In this document: in pieces, positions 39,681 through 51,309 of the stretch
Layout of the letters: the number at the start of each line of letters is the position of its first letter
How positions within the stretch are numbered: position 1 is the first letter of the stretch
Source: Nitrosopumilus sp.
GTDB taxonomy: Archaea > Thermoproteota > Nitrososphaeria > Nitrososphaerales > Nitrosopumilaceae
Length of the DNA: 64,000 bases
Assembly (NCBI GenBank): GCA_965224195.1
Contig: OZ245040.1
Location: 224,001 to 288,000 of the forward strand
Reading direction: 5' to 3'
Made by a program: the position numbers and the translations under genes
The notes under the pieces: generated by a model
Told to the model about the DNA's origin: nothing
Database searches by the model: none
What the model saw: only the letters and a program-made list of their open reading frames with translations

Positions 39681-40661
39681 TTGACTAAATTTATTCGACG
39701 CCTACAAAGAATTGGAAGTAGTATACTTGTTTCATTACCTAAAGAATGGGTTGATGCAAATAATCTAGATAAAGGTAGCCAGGTTGAAATAGAAACCAGC
39801 CAAGATAGTATTTCTATATCTGCAAATAAAGAAATACGACCAACAAAAGAACTTGTAATTTCATATCCATTACCTAAAGAAGAAAATATTGTTGCAAACA
39901 TTACAGGTGCATATCTTTTAGGATTTGATGTTATTGTAATTAATTCAAAATCTATTATTCCAGGAAAAGATAGAGAAGAAATTCGTAATTCAATGAGACG
40001 ATTAGTTGGCATGGAGATAATTGAAGAAGATGCATCTCATATTAATATGCAGTTTCTATTAGATGCAACAACACTTAATCCATCAAAAATTCTCAAACGA
40101 ATGAGTTCCATTGCACTTGGAATGTATGATGATGTATTAAATGGATTAATTTCAGACGATAAATCTAATCTTCAAACGTTGTCTAATCGTGATGTTGAAG
40201 TAAACAGACAGTATTTTTTATTGGTTCGTTTAATTCGCAGTACAATAGTTGACAAAAGACTATCCAGTGCATTTAATTTAGAAAATATTGATGTACTTGA
40301 CTATAGAGTTGCTGCAAATGTTCTTGAAAATGCAGGTGATTCTATTGTTGAGATTTCTAATTTTATTTTTAATTTTTCATTATCAAAAGAATTTTCTAAA
40401 AAAATTTATGATGTTGTAAAAGATTTCAATAAACTTGCAGAAAAATCTATTGATGCTTTTACAAAACCTGATAGACTTTTAGCTATTGAAGCAATTTCTA
40501 TGCATAAACAATATGAAAAAAAACTCAGTTTACTTAGAACCACATTAGGAAATAAAAAACAAATTCCTTTAGATTTTCTTGATCTTGTGTACATGTTTGA
40601 AAGAATTGCACAATCTTGGGCTGATGTTGCAGATCTTGTGCAACCTATCTATAATGAATAA
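39681..40661 (+). CDS. AbrB-PhoU phosphate uptake regulator
   Basis: RRLQRIGSSILVSLPKEW AbrB domain plus PhoU repeats. Confidence 0.9.
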   Translation: MTKFIRRLQRIGSSILVSLPKEWVDANNLDKGSQVEIETSQDSISISANKEIRPTKELVISYPLPKEENIVANITGAYLLGFDVIVINSKSIIPGKDREEIRNSMRRLVGMEIIEEDASHINMQFLLDATTLNPSKILKRMSSIALGMYDDVLNGLISDDKSNLQTLSNRDVEVNRQYFLLVRLIRSTIVDKRLSSAFNLENIDVLDYRVAANVLENAGDSIVEISNFIFNFSLSKEFSKKIYDVVKDFNKLAEKSIDAFTKPDRLLAIEAISMHKQYEKKLSLLRTTLGNKKQIPLDFLDLVYMFERIAQSWADVADLVQPIYNE

Positions 40662-41177
40662 CTAATATAATTTTTTCTTTGCAGCATATGTTAAAACTGC
40701 GCATATTGTTTTTGAATCCTGAATTTTACCTGTTTTTATCATTGAAAGGATTTTTTTAAAATCTATTTTTACTACAGATAAAATTTCATCTTCATCAAGC
40801 TTCAAATCAGATATTTTCTTCAATCCTGAGGCTAGAAAGCAATGAATTATCTCTTCATTATAGCCAATTGATGGATAGTAAGTAATGAGAGGAGTCATTT
40901 TTTTGGCTCTATACCCTGTCTCTTCTTCTAATTCTCTAAATGCACATTTTATTGGTTCTTCTTTTTTTTCTAATGTTCCAGCAGGAATTTCTAAAACATA
41001 TCCGTGTGGAAATCTATGTTGTTTAACAAGAATTACTTTTTTATTTTCATCAAATGCAAGCATAGCTGCAGCACCTCTATGTTTGATAACTTCTCGTTTA
41101 ACTTCCCTACATTCAATTTTACCATCATAAACACTAAGACCTAAAATTTTTCCTTCATAGATCTTTTTTTCTTTCAT
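40662..41177 (-). CDS. NUDIX hydrolase (ADP-ribose pyrophosphatase-like)
   Basis: EIPAGTLE...[10 protein letters not shown] Nudix box. Confidence 0.93.
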   Translation of the reverse strand: MKEKKIYEGKILGLSVYDGKIECREVKREVIKHRGAAAMLAFDENKKVILVKQHRFPHGYVLEIPAGTLEKKEEPIKCAFRELEEETGYRAKKMTPLITYYPSIGYNEEIIHCFLASGLKKISDLKLDEDEILSVVKIDFKKILSMIKTGKIQDSKTICAVLTYAAKKKLY

Positions 41178-41202
41178 ATAATTTATAGAAAATTATTCTT
41201 AT

Positions 41203-42105
41203 TTAATTGGTTTGATATGTTAAATGTAATTTTGGTGATTTTTTAAAATCATTTATAGCTTTTTCTATCCACTTTGTATAAAATGACATCTTTTTTGGAA
41301 TGAACAAGTCAACTGACTTTATATTTTTAATATTTCTAATTTTTTGTGTTAATTCATCCATTTTGAAAATATTGTCACTGTACATAAATAAAACAATTTG
41401 ATTTTTTGCTATAAATGGAATTTGTAAATATGAATCAGAAAAAGAATTATTTAATTTTTTTAGAGTTTCTTTTAGATCTCCTTCTATCCAAGTAAGTATG
41501 GCGTGAGGAATAAAATTTTCGATTTTTCTAGGATCATAAACTAGTGTAAATTGTATACCTTCATTTTCATGTAATTTTTCTATACATCTTGTAATTGTTT
41601 TTGTTGACATTTTTGTATTTTTTGCAATTTGTTCTATTCTTTGTCTAGGATCTCTGATTAATTCTTCTAGAATTTCTAAATCTGTTTTTGTAAGGTTTGA
41701 ACTAAATCCTGGGTTTTCTGCTTCAAAAATAGATAAAACTCTAACATTTTTCATCAATTTTTTTGCAAGTTCAATTTTTTGATTGATATCTTCTTTTACA
41801 GAAATACCACAAACTGTTATTCCACCAACACATGGAACCACAAAATATGGTTCACCCACAAGACTTGCTTGTTCTAAAATTTCTGTAATATTTTCTCCTG
41901 ATACAACAAAATACAATACTCCATAGCCCAAGACTGGAGGTTCAACTTTGACAAAAAACTCTTCAATTATCTTTTTTTCAATCATTTTTCGGATTCTGGC
42001 TCTAACGGCTCCACCTGATATACCAAATTCTATGCCTATCTGTCGGTCGGATTCTCTGCAATTATTCAATAATCTGCTTAGAATTTTAATATCTAAATTG
42101 TCCAT
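41203..42105 (-). CDS. AsnC/Lrp family regulator with two HTH domains
   Basis: MDNLDIKIL..R..DRQIG and LTKTDLEILEEL..DPR; start reset to 42105. Confidence 0.88.
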   Translation of the reverse strand: MDNLDIKILSRLLNNCRESDRQIGIEFGISGGAVRARIRKMIEKKIIEEFFVKVEPPVLGYGVLYFVVSGENITEILEQASLVGEPYFVVPCVGGITVCGISVKEDINQKIELAKKLMKNVRVLSIFEAENPGFSSNLTKTDLEILEELIRDPRQRIEQIAKNTKMSTKTITRCIEKLHENEGIQFTLVYDPRKIENFIPHAILTWIEGDLKETLKKLNNSFSDSYLQIPFIAKNQIVLFMYSDNIFKMDELTQKIRNIKNIKSVDLFIPKKMSFYTKWIEKAINDFKKSPKLHLTYQTN

Positions 42106-42221
42106 TATATCACTTAAAATGACTCCATTAACATTATAAATAACTAATATCATATAAAATTGTCTATACTATTAGCACTATACATCATATACATTAAATA
42201 TCAGACTATTTTATTTATTTT

Positions 42222-43409
42222 GTGGATTATCGGGTAAAATTAGCAAAGCGAATGCTGTTCAATAAAAGAGGCAGTCTAATTGGAGCCATTTTAGCAGTAA
42301 CTGTTGGTATTTTAGTTATTCATGTAAACTTTGTAATTTTTCAAGGATTGTATGATGCTTTTGTTAGAGATATTCGTGATTACAGTACAGGTGATGTGAT
42401 TGTAACTGATGAATTTGATTTTATTGATAAATCTGATCAGTCTCTTATTCGATGGTTTGAACGCATCCCAGATGTTGAAGCCGCAACTCCGCGGCTATCT
42501 ACAACATCTGAAATGAATATGACAAAAAATGGAAAGTTGATTGAGGAAACTAGAATTTCATTGGTAGGAGTTGATCCATTTAATGACATTAGAGCTTCTA
42601 CAGCACACACAACTATTTCTGATGGAAGTTATGTTTTTTCAAGAAATTCTATTGTGTTAGGATCTACTGTTGCAAGAGATTTGGGAGGAGCTCAAGTAGG
42701 TGATAGTGTAAAAGTTCTTGTAGTTGATAGATGGGGACAAGATCAAATTAGAAGATTTATGGTTACTGGAATAGCAAGTTCACCAGGAGGATCAGGATTT
42801 GATTATTCTGGTGTTATTCATATTGATACTTTACGTGATATGATGAGTAGACATGGAGATACAGGTTCATTCATGGTAAAACTACATGATCCCTCTGCTG
42901 CAACAGAAGTTAAAGAATTCTTTTTACGTTCATTCCCAAACGATGACTTTATTGCTGAAACGACTGAAGAAGCATCAGAAGCACAACTAGAAGGTTTTAG
43001 ATCTGGCATTGCTATGATTAACATGGTTGGTTATTTCGGAATGATGTCTTCTGCATTTGCAGTTGTTACAATCCAAATGATGTTAGTAAATGGGAAAACT
43101 AGAGAAATAGGTGTAATGAGATCAATTGGTGCTAAACGAAAAGACATTCTAATAATTTTTATTTTCCAAGGAATGATAATCGGAGCTGTTGGAGCTGGTG
43201 TCGGTACTGCAGCTGGATTAGGTTATACTTTTTACGCTAAAGAAACAAAAATGTCATTTGCTGGAAGTCTTGAATTAGAAGTAACCTATAACTGGGAAAA
43301 AATTATTCAAACTGTATTAATGTCATTTAGTTTAGCAATAATTGCATCTCTATATCCTTCGTATAGAGCGACAAAATTACTACCTGTGGAGGCTATGCGA
43401 GCTGTCTAA
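42222..43409 (+). CDS. ABC transporter permease (LolE/MacB/FtsX-like)
   Basis: KTREIGVMRSIGA, YPSYRATKL. Confidence 0.92.
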   Translation: MDYRVKLAKRMLFNKRGSLIGAILAVTVGILVIHVNFVIFQGLYDAFVRDIRDYSTGDVIVTDEFDFIDKSDQSLIRWFERIPDVEAATPRLSTTSEMNMTKNGKLIEETRISLVGVDPFNDIRASTAHTTISDGSYVFSRNSIVLGSTVARDLGGAQVGDSVKVLVVDRWGQDQIRRFMVTGIASSPGGSGFDYSGVIHIDTLRDMMSRHGDTGSFMVKLHDPSAATEVKEFFLRSFPNDDFIAETTEEASEAQLEGFRSGIAMINMVGYFGMMSSAFAVVTIQMMLVNGKTREIGVMRSIGAKRKDILIIFIFQGMIIGAVGAGVGTAAGLGYTFYAKETKMSFAGSLELEVTYNWEKIIQTVLMSFSLAIIASLYPSYRATKLLPVEAMRAV

Positions 43410-43410
43410 C

Positions 43411-44103
43411 GTGCTTGAGATTAATAATCTCAATAAAATCTATGGGGAAAGTGATAGTCAAGTAAAAGCTCTTGATGATGTTTCATTTTCAATTAAACAA
43501 GGTGAACTTGTTTTAATTGTTGGTAGTTCTGGATCTGGTAAATCTACATTACTAAACATGATTGGATTATTAGATCATCCTACAAAAGGTAAAATTTTAA
43601 TTGATGGAATTAACACCACTACACTTAATGATGATGAAATTTCTTCATTTAGAAATAAAAAACTAGGATTTATCTTTCAATTTTCAAATTTACTTACTGA
43701 TCTTTCAGTTTTAGAAAATGTTTTGTTGCCAATGCAGATTGCAGGTAATGATACTGCAGAAAAAGATGCTATGGATTTGTTAAAAGTTGTTGGTCTAGAA
43801 AACCAGATGTATAAACGTGTAAATAAAATATCTGGCGGTCAAGCTCAAAGAGTAGCTATTGCAAGAGGATTGATCAATAAACCCTCAATTGTATTAGCGG
43901 ATGAACCAACTGGCAATCTTGATTCTGTTACTTCACAAACAATTGTTCAATTAATGAAATCAATGGCAAAAAAACTTAATCAAATATTCATAATCGTTAC
44001 TCACGATAGACAATATTTTGGAGATGTTGATAGGGTAATTACAATTAAAGATGGTAAAGCATTTGAAGGTGATCTTCCATCTGAAATGGAGATAGTAGCG
44101 TAA
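43411..44103 (+). CDS. ABC transporter ATP-binding protein (LolD-like); exact start uncertain
   Basis: GSSGSGKST, ISGGQ, LADEPTGNLD, VTHD. Confidence 0.95.
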   Translation: MLEINNLNKIYGESDSQVKALDDVSFSIKQGELVLIVGSSGSGKSTLLNMIGLLDHPTKGKILIDGINTTTLNDDEISSFRNKKLGFIFQFSNLLTDLSVLENVLLPMQIAGNDTAEKDAMDLLKVVGLENQMYKRVNKISGGQAQRVAIARGLINKPSIVLADEPTGNLDSVTSQTIVQLMKSMAKKLNQIFIIVTHDRQYFGDVDRVITIKDGKAFEGDLPSEMEIVA

Positions 44104-45407
44104 TGAATTTTAAAATTATTTTATCATTACTTATGATTGGATTGTTACCAATTATTTTTGATAATTCGTATGCACAAATTACTTCTGGTGGATTTGGTCA
44201 GTCTCCATTTGAAAGAGATTTTGGTGATGTAAAATTTTTAGATGCGTATTTTGGTACTCTAAATGACAAAATTGAAGTTGAAGCAGGAGATGGTAATGTA
44301 CCGTTTACAGTTGTGCTTGCAAATGTAGGTACTCAAGATATTACTGGTATTAGAGGACAATTATCATTACCAACCAATTTTTCTCCATCTGATGGTCCAG
44401 GCTCAGTAATTCATGCTGATAGTGATTCAAATTCACTAGCAGGAGAGAATTTTCATCTAACGTTTTTTGTAAATATTAATGAAAATTCACAAATTCGGCA
44501 ATATCCTGGAACTGTAAAAGTAGATTATTCAAGATTAAGAGAATCAGGAGTTAGAACAGCCTTTGCTGACTTTGATTTTAAGGTCACAGGTGACAGTGTG
44601 ATAAATGTAAAAGCTCAAGAACCTTTTCTTACTTCTTTAAGATCTAATGATGTCGTAATTGAAATTGCAAATGATGGTACTGCTCCCATTTCTGGTGTAG
44701 ATATTACTGCAACAAATACATCTACAGAACTTGCATCTACATCATCATCAACTACCAATGTTGAAAATGTTGTAATTTTAGAATCAAGCTGGGATATTGG
44801 AAACATTGCTCCAAAATCAGCAAGATACCTTACAGCAACTGTATATGTTCCTGAATCACTCAAAGGTGACACTTTAAGAATTCCTTTATCAATTCAATAT
44901 TATAATACACATGGTGATTTACATCAAGTTTCAAAAATTGTTGATTTTTACATTAAAGGATTAATTGATTTAACAATCTTCAATGTTGATGTAATTGAAT
45001 TATCTGGTACTCAAATGGTTATTGGTGAAATTATTAATGAAGGTAATGAAGATGGATTATTTGGTTTTGTATCTATTGAATCTAAAGGTGATTCTAATAT
45101 TAAATCAGATACTCAATTTATTGATGAAATTGAAGTAGATGCACCAGTACCATTTAATATTCCAATTGAATTTGATGGTGAACCACAATATGGTGAGCAT
45201 GATGTCACAATAACTGTTAGATACAAAGACAGTACAAGAGATGAGATATTTCTAAATCATGATGCAACAATTACTGTAAAGGAACCATCAAATGAAGATG
45301 AAAATTCTACTGATCCAACAATTATAATTATTCCAATTCTTTTGGTAATGGGAGCTGCATTTTATATTATTCGTAGGCGTAAAAAAGCAGCAATTGAGGC
45401 TAGTTGA
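44103..45407 (+). CDS. COG1361-like S-layer/exported Ig-fold protein
   Basis: Signal peptide, repeated N-x-G motifs, C-terminal TM + RRRKK; co-transcribed with ABC pair. Confidence 0.8.
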   Translation: MNFKIILSLLMIGLLPIIFDNSYAQITSGGFGQSPFERDFGDVKFLDAYFGTLNDKIEVEAGDGNVPFTVVLANVGTQDITGIRGQLSLPTNFSPSDGPGSVIHADSDSNSLAGENFHLTFFVNINENSQIRQYPGTVKVDYSRLRESGVRTAFADFDFKVTGDSVINVKAQEPFLTSLRSNDVVIEIANDGTAPISGVDITATNTSTELASTSSSTTNVENVVILESSWDIGNIAPKSARYLTATVYVPESLKGDTLRIPLSIQYYNTHGDLHQVSKIVDFYIKGLIDLTIFNVDVIELSGTQMVIGEIINEGNEDGLFGFVSIESKGDSNIKSDTQFIDEIEVDAPVPFNIPIEFDGEPQYGEHDVTITVRYKDSTRDEIFLNHDATITVKEPSNEDENSTDPTIIIIPILLVMGAAFYIIRRRKKAAIEAS

Positions 45408-45451
45408 AGATAAAATTTTAAATCTAAAACGGAAAATTAAGGAATAATAAA

Positions 45452-45784
45452 TTGAGATTAACAATTATCATTCTTATTGTAGTTTTATCTATTGGAAGTA
45501 TAGTAATTTCATTAGGTTTTCTAACTTCTCAAGAATACATTGATGTTCCTGAAATTACTAATCAATATGAAAAATTAGAATCGTACAAAAATGAATTAGA
45601 AAAAATCAATCAACAAAATCAAAAAATTCTAAATGATTTAGAATTTCAAATTAAAAATTCAGATGATGTTCATATAGATCAAATTAATGATGAGATCGAA
45701 GTAATAAAACGTGTAATTGAAGAAAACAAAGTAGAATTAGAACAAGTAATTATAGAATTGTCTCAAACAGAATCTGATCCATAG
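45452..45784 (+). CDS. Membrane-anchored coiled-coil protein
   Basis: N-terminal TM, heptads. Confidence 0.7.
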   Translation: MRLTIIILIVVLSIGSIVISLGFLTSQEYIDVPEITNQYEKLESYKNELEKINQQNQKILNDLEFQIKNSDDVHIDQINDEIEVIKRVIEENKVELEQVIIELSQTESDP

Positions 45785-45973
45785 TAAAACTAATTTCCAT
45801 TTTTGGGAAATTTAGATCATAATTATATTACATCTTAAGGAGATAATATTGGGTATGGCAAAGGGCATTTTTCTCTTTCTAGTAGGTAGTATTGTAGGGT
45901 TTATCACAACACCTTTACTATAATAACTAAAAATTTTCCTAAATTCATATAGTTATTTAGAATAAAATTTTCA

Positions 45974-46156
45974 TTGGAAATACATCAAAAATTAACAATT
46001 TTAGGAGTAATTTTGTTGGTTGTAACTTTTTTAATTAATTTTTATCATCAAGATACTCATCCTGATGTTGGATTCAATTATGCATATGTTACTGGAGTTT
46101 TGATGTTAGTAGCATTTTCAATTAGTTTTGTAATGTTTACAAAAAATCAACTATAG
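45974..46156 (+). CDS. Small two-TM protein
   Basis: Two hydrophobic helices. Confidence 0.7.
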   Translation: MEIHQKLTILGVILLVVTFLINFYHQDTHPDVGFNYAYVTGVLMLVAFSISFVMFTKNQL

Positions 46157-46176
46157 ACATCTCAATTTCAATATGT

Positions 46177-46226
46177 AATAGATGGTGTAAAGGTCTTTTG
46201 TAGGAAAAGCCTTCATCCTATCTATT
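46177..46226. other. Intergenic imperfect hairpin (possible ncRNA)
   Basis: AATAGAT/ATCTATT, AAGG/CCTT, CTTTT/AAAAG stems. Confidence 0.4.
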
Positions 46227-46398
46227 TGAATCAAATTAATTTTATTTACATAAAAAATACACGTAGAAATTCTCAGTGAGATCTAAATACTATTTCACAA
46301 TATTTTGTTTAGTCGTCACTAAATAACAAATCGTTTTTGGTCTTAGACTGTTCAATTTTTGACCGTAAGATTATAAGCCATTACTGGATCTTGCGATT

Positions 46399-46782
46399 AT
46401 GCCTGGCGATGAGATTGAAGTACCAAAAGAATTACGAGAATTTATGCTAGAAGAATCTGAAGAAACGATACTTGGGCAAAAAAATGGCGCACACAAACAA
46501 TATCGTTATGGAAACTTACACATCAGAGAATACGATGATAAATTTTTAGTTCATAATGACAAGATTGATCCACGTAAAGATCCAATAGGACATTTAGTTT
46601 ATGATGCTCCTGAAATTTTAATTGGTTTAGCATGTGCAATTTTTGGCGGTTCACAAATTGCAAAAAATTTTTCAAATAAAAATTCTAAAAAATTATCAGT
46701 AACGTCAGGGTTAATCTCTTCAATAATTTCTGGATATATTGGATATTTAGCTACTAAGAAAATTAAAAATTATTTGGAGTAA
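46399..46782 (+). CDS. Hypothetical membrane protein
   Basis: HIREYDD..VHNDKIDPRKDPIGHL + two TM. Confidence 0.75.
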   Translation: MPGDEIEVPKELREFMLEESEETILGQKNGAHKQYRYGNLHIREYDDKFLVHNDKIDPRKDPIGHLVYDAPEILIGLACAIFGGSQIAKNFSNKNSKKLSVTSGLISSIISGYIGYLATKKIKNYLE

Positions 46783-46787
46783 ATTAT

Positions 46788-48332
46788 ATGTCTACTATCA
46801 GAACTATCCAGGTACTCTTTAAACTCCTTCCATCTATTCTTGCATTACGTAAAGATAGAAAAAAATGGATAAATCAAGAAAAAAATCAAATTGATTCAGA
46901 ACAGTTTAGAAAAAATGCACGAAAAGTACTTGATACTTTCATTTCTTTAGGTCCTGTATACATAAAATTAGGGCAATGGCTTTCTTCACGAGCAGATATT
47001 TTACCACAACCATATTTAGAAGAACTCTCAAAACTTCAAGACAGTGTACCATCTGTCCCATTTGATCAAGTTAAACCAATAATTGAAAAAGATCTTGGCC
47101 CTATTGATGAAAAATTTGATAATATTGATCCTAATTCTATATCTGGTGCTTCATTAGGTCAAGTTTATCGTGGAACTATTTCAGGTCAACAGATTGTTGT
47201 CAAAGTTAAAAGACCTGGAATTGAAAAAGTTGTAGCAAAAGATCTCCAAGTTCTAAAAAAAGTTCTTCCGCTTGCATTGAGATTTGTTGATCCAAATTTA
47301 CGTTATTCAGCAAAAGCAATGCTTTCTCAATTTATTGAAACAATTCATGAAGAAATGAATTACAAAAATGAATTACAAAATCTTAAAAGAATCAAAGAGG
47401 ATATGGTAGGATCAACTAGCGTGATTGTGCCATCAGTTTATGATGATTATTCGTCAAAAAATGTACTCACCATGGAATATTTGCCTGGAATTAAGGTTAC
47501 AAATGTTCAAGCTTTAGATGAAAAAGGAATTGATAGAGAACAGCTTGTAATTGATGTCCACAAGGTATTTTTCACAATGCTTCTCAAACATTCAGTTTTT
47601 CATGCAGATCCACACCCTGGAAATATTTCCGTAACTGATGATGGAAAACTCATTTTGTATGACTATGGAATGATAGGACGAATAAATAATGAAACACGAT
47701 TCAAATTGATTAGACTGTATCTGGCACTAGTTGAAAGAAATCCCTCTAGAGTAGTAAATGCAATGATTGATCTTTCAATGCTGACTCCTGGTTACAACCG
47801 AGAGGTAATTGAAAAAGGAATTGAACTTTCAATTCATGCAATGCATGGAAACAAACCTGATGAAATGGAAGTTCAAAGTTTGATGGAGCTTGCAAACCAA
47901 ACAATGAGCAGATTTCCATTTGTGCTGCCAAAGAACTTAGCTTTGTATATGAGAATGGCATCAATCATTGAGGGGATTTACAAAACCCATGACGTTGATT
48001 TTAAATTTGTCAAAGTTTTAAAAAATATTTTACAAGAAGAAAATCTTATTCCACGAGCGTATGTTGAAGAATTAAAAATTTCGTTTGATAATTTTTCAAA
48101 ATCAATTGATTCTGCACTTAGAATTGGACCTGAAATGAAAAAACTCATGGATGAAGTTCAAATACATATGAAGAAAGGGAAACCAATGGTTTTAATCAGT
48201 GGAAGCATATTTGCATCTGTAACTTTTCTAGGTTCTGTGTTTTTGTTTCAATCAAATGAATTACTTGGATTGATCGGTATGGTAAGTTCTGGTTTGATTA
48301 TGGCAGCATCAGGATTTTTTAGAAAATATTAG
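46788..48332 (+). CDS. ABC1/UbiB/AarF atypical kinase
   Basis: LGPVYIKLGQ, ASLGQVY, VKVKRP, HADPHPGN, DYGM. Confidence 0.95.
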   Translation: MSTIRTIQVLFKLLPSILALRKDRKKWINQEKNQIDSEQFRKNARKVLDTFISLGPVYIKLGQWLSSRADILPQPYLEELSKLQDSVPSVPFDQVKPIIEKDLGPIDEKFDNIDPNSISGASLGQVYRGTISGQQIVVKVKRPGIEKVVAKDLQVLKKVLPLALRFVDPNLRYSAKAMLSQFIETIHEEMNYKNELQNLKRIKEDMVGSTSVIVPSVYDDYSSKNVLTMEYLPGIKVTNVQALDEKGIDREQLVIDVHKVFFTMLLKHSVFHADPHPGNISVTDDGKLILYDYGMIGRINNETRFKLIRLYLALVERNPSRVVNAMIDLSMLTPGYNREVIEKGIELSIHAMHGNKPDEMEVQSLMELANQTMSRFPFVLPKNLALYMRMASIIEGIYKTHDVDFKFVKVLKNILQEENLIPRAYVEELKISFDNFSKSIDSALRIGPEMKKLMDEVQIHMKKGKPMVLISGSIFASVTFLGSVFLFQSNELLGLIGMVSSGLIMAASGFFRKY

Positions 48333-48333
48333 A

Positions 48334-48714
48334 TTATTCTATTGAAATATTTTTCTCTTTTTTAGTAACAGGGATAATTAATGTGAGAATTCCATTTTCA
48401 TATTTTGCAGATTCAATTTTTTCTTCACCTTGCTTAATTTCTATGGGAAGTCTAATTTTTTTATCTATTACATTTGGTCTTTGATTTGATATCAAAGATT
48501 TAGATTCTTTTTCGTCAATTATTTTTTTTGCATTGATAGAAAGAATATCTCCACATAGTGACAATTCAATTTCATTTTTTGTAAATCCAGGAATATCAAT
48601 TACAATTTTTAGATTTTTATCATTTAGATACATATCCATTGGTGGTAAAACAAATTCATAGAATTCTCTTGATTTATTTCCAATCTCTTTGATTACATCT
48701 TTTACAAGTCCCAT
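48334..48714 (-). CDS. Small heat-shock protein (Hsp20 family)
   Basis: DIPGF, SAKYENGILTL. Confidence 0.92.
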   Translation of the reverse strand: MGLVKDVIKEIGNKSREFYEFVLPPMDMYLNDKNLKIVIDIPGFTKNEIELSLCGDILSINAKKIIDEKESKSLISNQRPNVIDKKIRLPIEIKQGEEKIESAKYENGILTLIIPVTKKEKNISIE

Positions 48715-48791
48715 TTTGTGTTATGTGCTCAATTTTTAGTTATAAATCTTGATAGATTTTTAATCAATTAATCTCTCAGTTTTGATATCTC

Positions 48792-49397
48792 ATGATTATT
48801 GTAATTGAAGGTGGAGATCAAGCAGGAAAATTAACACAATCTACTCTTTTAGAAAAAGCTCTCAAAAAACGAAACATCAAAACAAAACTATTTCATTTTC
48901 CTGACTATGAAACACCAATTGGCAAAGAAATTAGAAAATATTTAGATGGAAAAAGAAAATTTCCTCCACAGGTAATTCATTGTCTCTTGGCAGCTAACAG
49001 ATGGGAAAAACTTGATACCATTTTAGCAGCTGAGGAAAAAAATTCTGTTTTAATCATGAATAGATATTATCATTCTAACTTAGTTTATGGATTAGCAAAT
49101 GGTTTGAAGCAAAAATGGCTTGAGAGCCTTGATGAAGGTCTTCCAAAGGCTGATCTTGTTATTTTACTTGATGTTACTCAAAAAGAATCATTTTCAAGAA
49201 CTCCACAAAATAAAATTGGAGGAAAGAAAATGAAACGAGACAAGTTTGAAAAAAATAAAGAATTTTCTACAAAGATTTCTAATCTTTACAGAACTGTTGG
49301 CAAGAAAAAACATTGGAAAATAATTGATGCTACTATGTCTAAAGAAAAAGTTCATGAAGAAATTTTAAAAATATTTTCAAAGAAATTAGGAATATGA
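48792..49397 (+). CDS. tmk: Thymidylate kinase
   Basis: IEGGDQAGKLTQ, FPDY, NRYYHSN. Confidence 0.93.
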   Translation: MIIVIEGGDQAGKLTQSTLLEKALKKRNIKTKLFHFPDYETPIGKEIRKYLDGKRKFPPQVIHCLLAANRWEKLDTILAAEEKNSVLIMNRYYHSNLVYGLANGLKQKWLESLDEGLPKADLVILLDVTQKESFSRTPQNKIGGKKMKRDKFEKNKEFSTKISNLYRTVGKKKHWKIIDATMSKEKVHEEILKIFSKKLGI

Positions 49398-50629
49398 AAA
49401 AAAATTACCTAGATATTATTGATCCAATTCATGATTTTATTCGTGTTTATGATTATGAACTTCCAATAATTGACAATCCACTTTTTCAAAGATTAAGACG
49501 AATCAAACAGCTTTCTGGCGCACATTTGACATATCCTTCGGCACAACATAGTCGATTTGAGCATTCTCTAGGAGTTATGCACATTGCTAGTCAAGCTGGT
49601 TTTGCATTAAATGAAAAGGGATTTCTAAATTCTGATGATATTCAATTATTACGTATTGCAGGATTGTTACATGATATTGGTCATGGGCCTTTTTCTCATT
49701 TGTTTGAAGAAGTAATACAAGAAAAAAAAATTTCACATGAAGATTATGGAAAAAAAATTATTCTAGGATCTGAAATTGGTGATATATTATCAAAAACAGG
49801 ATTTGATAAAAAATTAATTACTAAAATTGCATTTGGGGAATCAAAATATCAATATCTAAATGAAATTGTTTCAGGAGCTTTGAGTGCAGATATGATGGAT
49901 TATTTGCTAAGAGATGGTTATTTTACAGGAGCAGAACATGCAAAAATAGATCATAAAAGAATTACACAGTCCCTTAATATTCATAAAAACAAACTTGCCT
50001 TGGAACGTTCAGCACTTTATTCATTTGAATCTATGATGCATTCAAGATATCAAATGTTCAAAGCTGTATATTTTCATAAAACTGTACGTGCAGCAGAGGT
50101 AATGCTTATTGAAGCATTAAGATTGTCTGATGATGAATTCGGTTTTACATCTTTTAATCTAAATGAATTTGTTAAACTAACTGATGAATATGTTCTATCA
50201 TCATTGATCACATCCAAATCTTCTAAACTCAAACGAGCAAGGCAATTTGCAGAAGATTATCAAAATCGTAAATTGTTAAAATGTGTATATGAAAGAATTC
50301 TTACAAATCAAACAAATTTGAAGAAAACTAGAACAGATGAACTTAGAATTGAAATTTCTAAAAAATCTAAAGTTGATGAAAATGAAATTTTTGTAGATAG
50401 TTCTGTTACCCCTTCTATTCCTCTTGCCCCATCAAAAAATGAGTCAAAATCAATCATTTTGATAACTAATGAGGGTACAAAATCTTCAGCAAAAGAGATG
50501 CCAATTTCTGATATACCCGTAGTTTCGGCGATTTCTGGATTCATGAACATACTTAGAATATACACTCATCAAAAGAACAGAAAAAAAGTTGAAATTGCCA
50601 CTAAATCAATCCTTGGTGATCTGAAATGA
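49394..50629 (+). CDS. HD-domain phosphohydrolase (SAMHD1/dNTPase-like)
   Basis: [37 protein letters not shown]. Confidence 0.93.
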   Translation: MKKNYLDIIDPIHDFIRVYDYELPIIDNPLFQRLRRIKQLSGAHLTYPSAQHSRFEHSLGVMHIASQAGFALNEKGFLNSDDIQLLRIAGLLHDIGHGPFSHLFEEVIQEKKISHEDYGKKIILGSEIGDILSKTGFDKKLITKIAFGESKYQYLNEIVSGALSADMMDYLLRDGYFTGAEHAKIDHKRITQSLNIHKNKLALERSALYSFESMMHSRYQMFKAVYFHKTVRAAEVMLIEALRLSDDEFGFTSFNLNEFVKLTDEYVLSSLITSKSSKLKRARQFAEDYQNRKLLKCVYERILTNQTNLKKTRTDELRIEISKKSKVDENEIFVDSSVTPSIPLAPSKNESKSIILITNEGTKSSAKEMPISDIPVVSAISGFMNILRIYTHQKNRKKVEIATKSILGDLK

Positions 50630-51309
50630 AAAAACGAATTGTAATCAAATTATCTGGACGAGTTTTTGGCATGGATAATGTCAAAGTTCTAAAAGATTAT
50701 GCTACTTTTCTAGTAAAAATTAGCAAATTTTGTCAACCTGTTGTAATTGCAGGTGGTGGTACTATTGCACGACATTACATCTCACATGCAAGATCTTCTG
50801 GAGCAGATGAATCTACCCTTGATGAATTAGGGATTGAAATTTCAAGACTTAATGCAAAATTGCTAATTTATGCTCTAAAAAATAAAGCATATTCACATCC
50901 ACCAACTACTTTACAAGAAGTAAGACATGCAGTAGATGATGGATTAATCGTAGTAGCAGGAGGTCTTCATCCTGGTCAAAGCACTAATGGTACTGCCGCA
51001 TTGATCGCAGAAAAAATCAAAGCTGAACAGTTTCTTAATGCAACTGATGTTGATGGAGTTTATGATATGGATCCTAACAAATTCAAAAAAGCAAAAAAAT
51101 TCAAACGAATAGAATTAAAGAATTTGAAAAATATGTTAGTCCATGAAGACTCTGTAGCTGGTGGATATGACTTGATGGATATTGTTGCCCTCAAAATTAT
51201 AGAGCGTTCAAAAATTAAAACAAGAATTCTAAAAGCAGATACAAAAATTATTGAAAAGGCAATTAAAGGTGCCAACGTTGGCACCGAAATTATTCTTCCT
51301 TCAAAATAA
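50626..51309 (+). CDS. pyrH: UMP kinase
   Basis: VIKLSG, GGGTIAR, PGQSTN, TDVDGVY. Confidence 0.95.
   Translation: MKKRIVIKLSGRVFGMDNVKVLKDYATFLVKISKFCQPVVIAGGGTIARHYISHARSSGADESTLDELGIEISRLNAKLLIYALKNKAYSHPPTTLQEVRHAVDDGLIVVAGGLHPGQSTNGTAALIAEKIKAEQFLNATDVDGVYDMDPNKFKKAKKFKRIELKNLKNMLVHEDSVAGGYDLMDIVALKIIERSKIKTRILKADTKIIEKAIKGANVGTEIILPSK

Noticed and set aside
45855-45923. 22-aa hydrophobic ORF MAKGIFLFLVGSIVGFITTPLL after AAGGAG
   Set aside because: Too short to support without conservation or expression data
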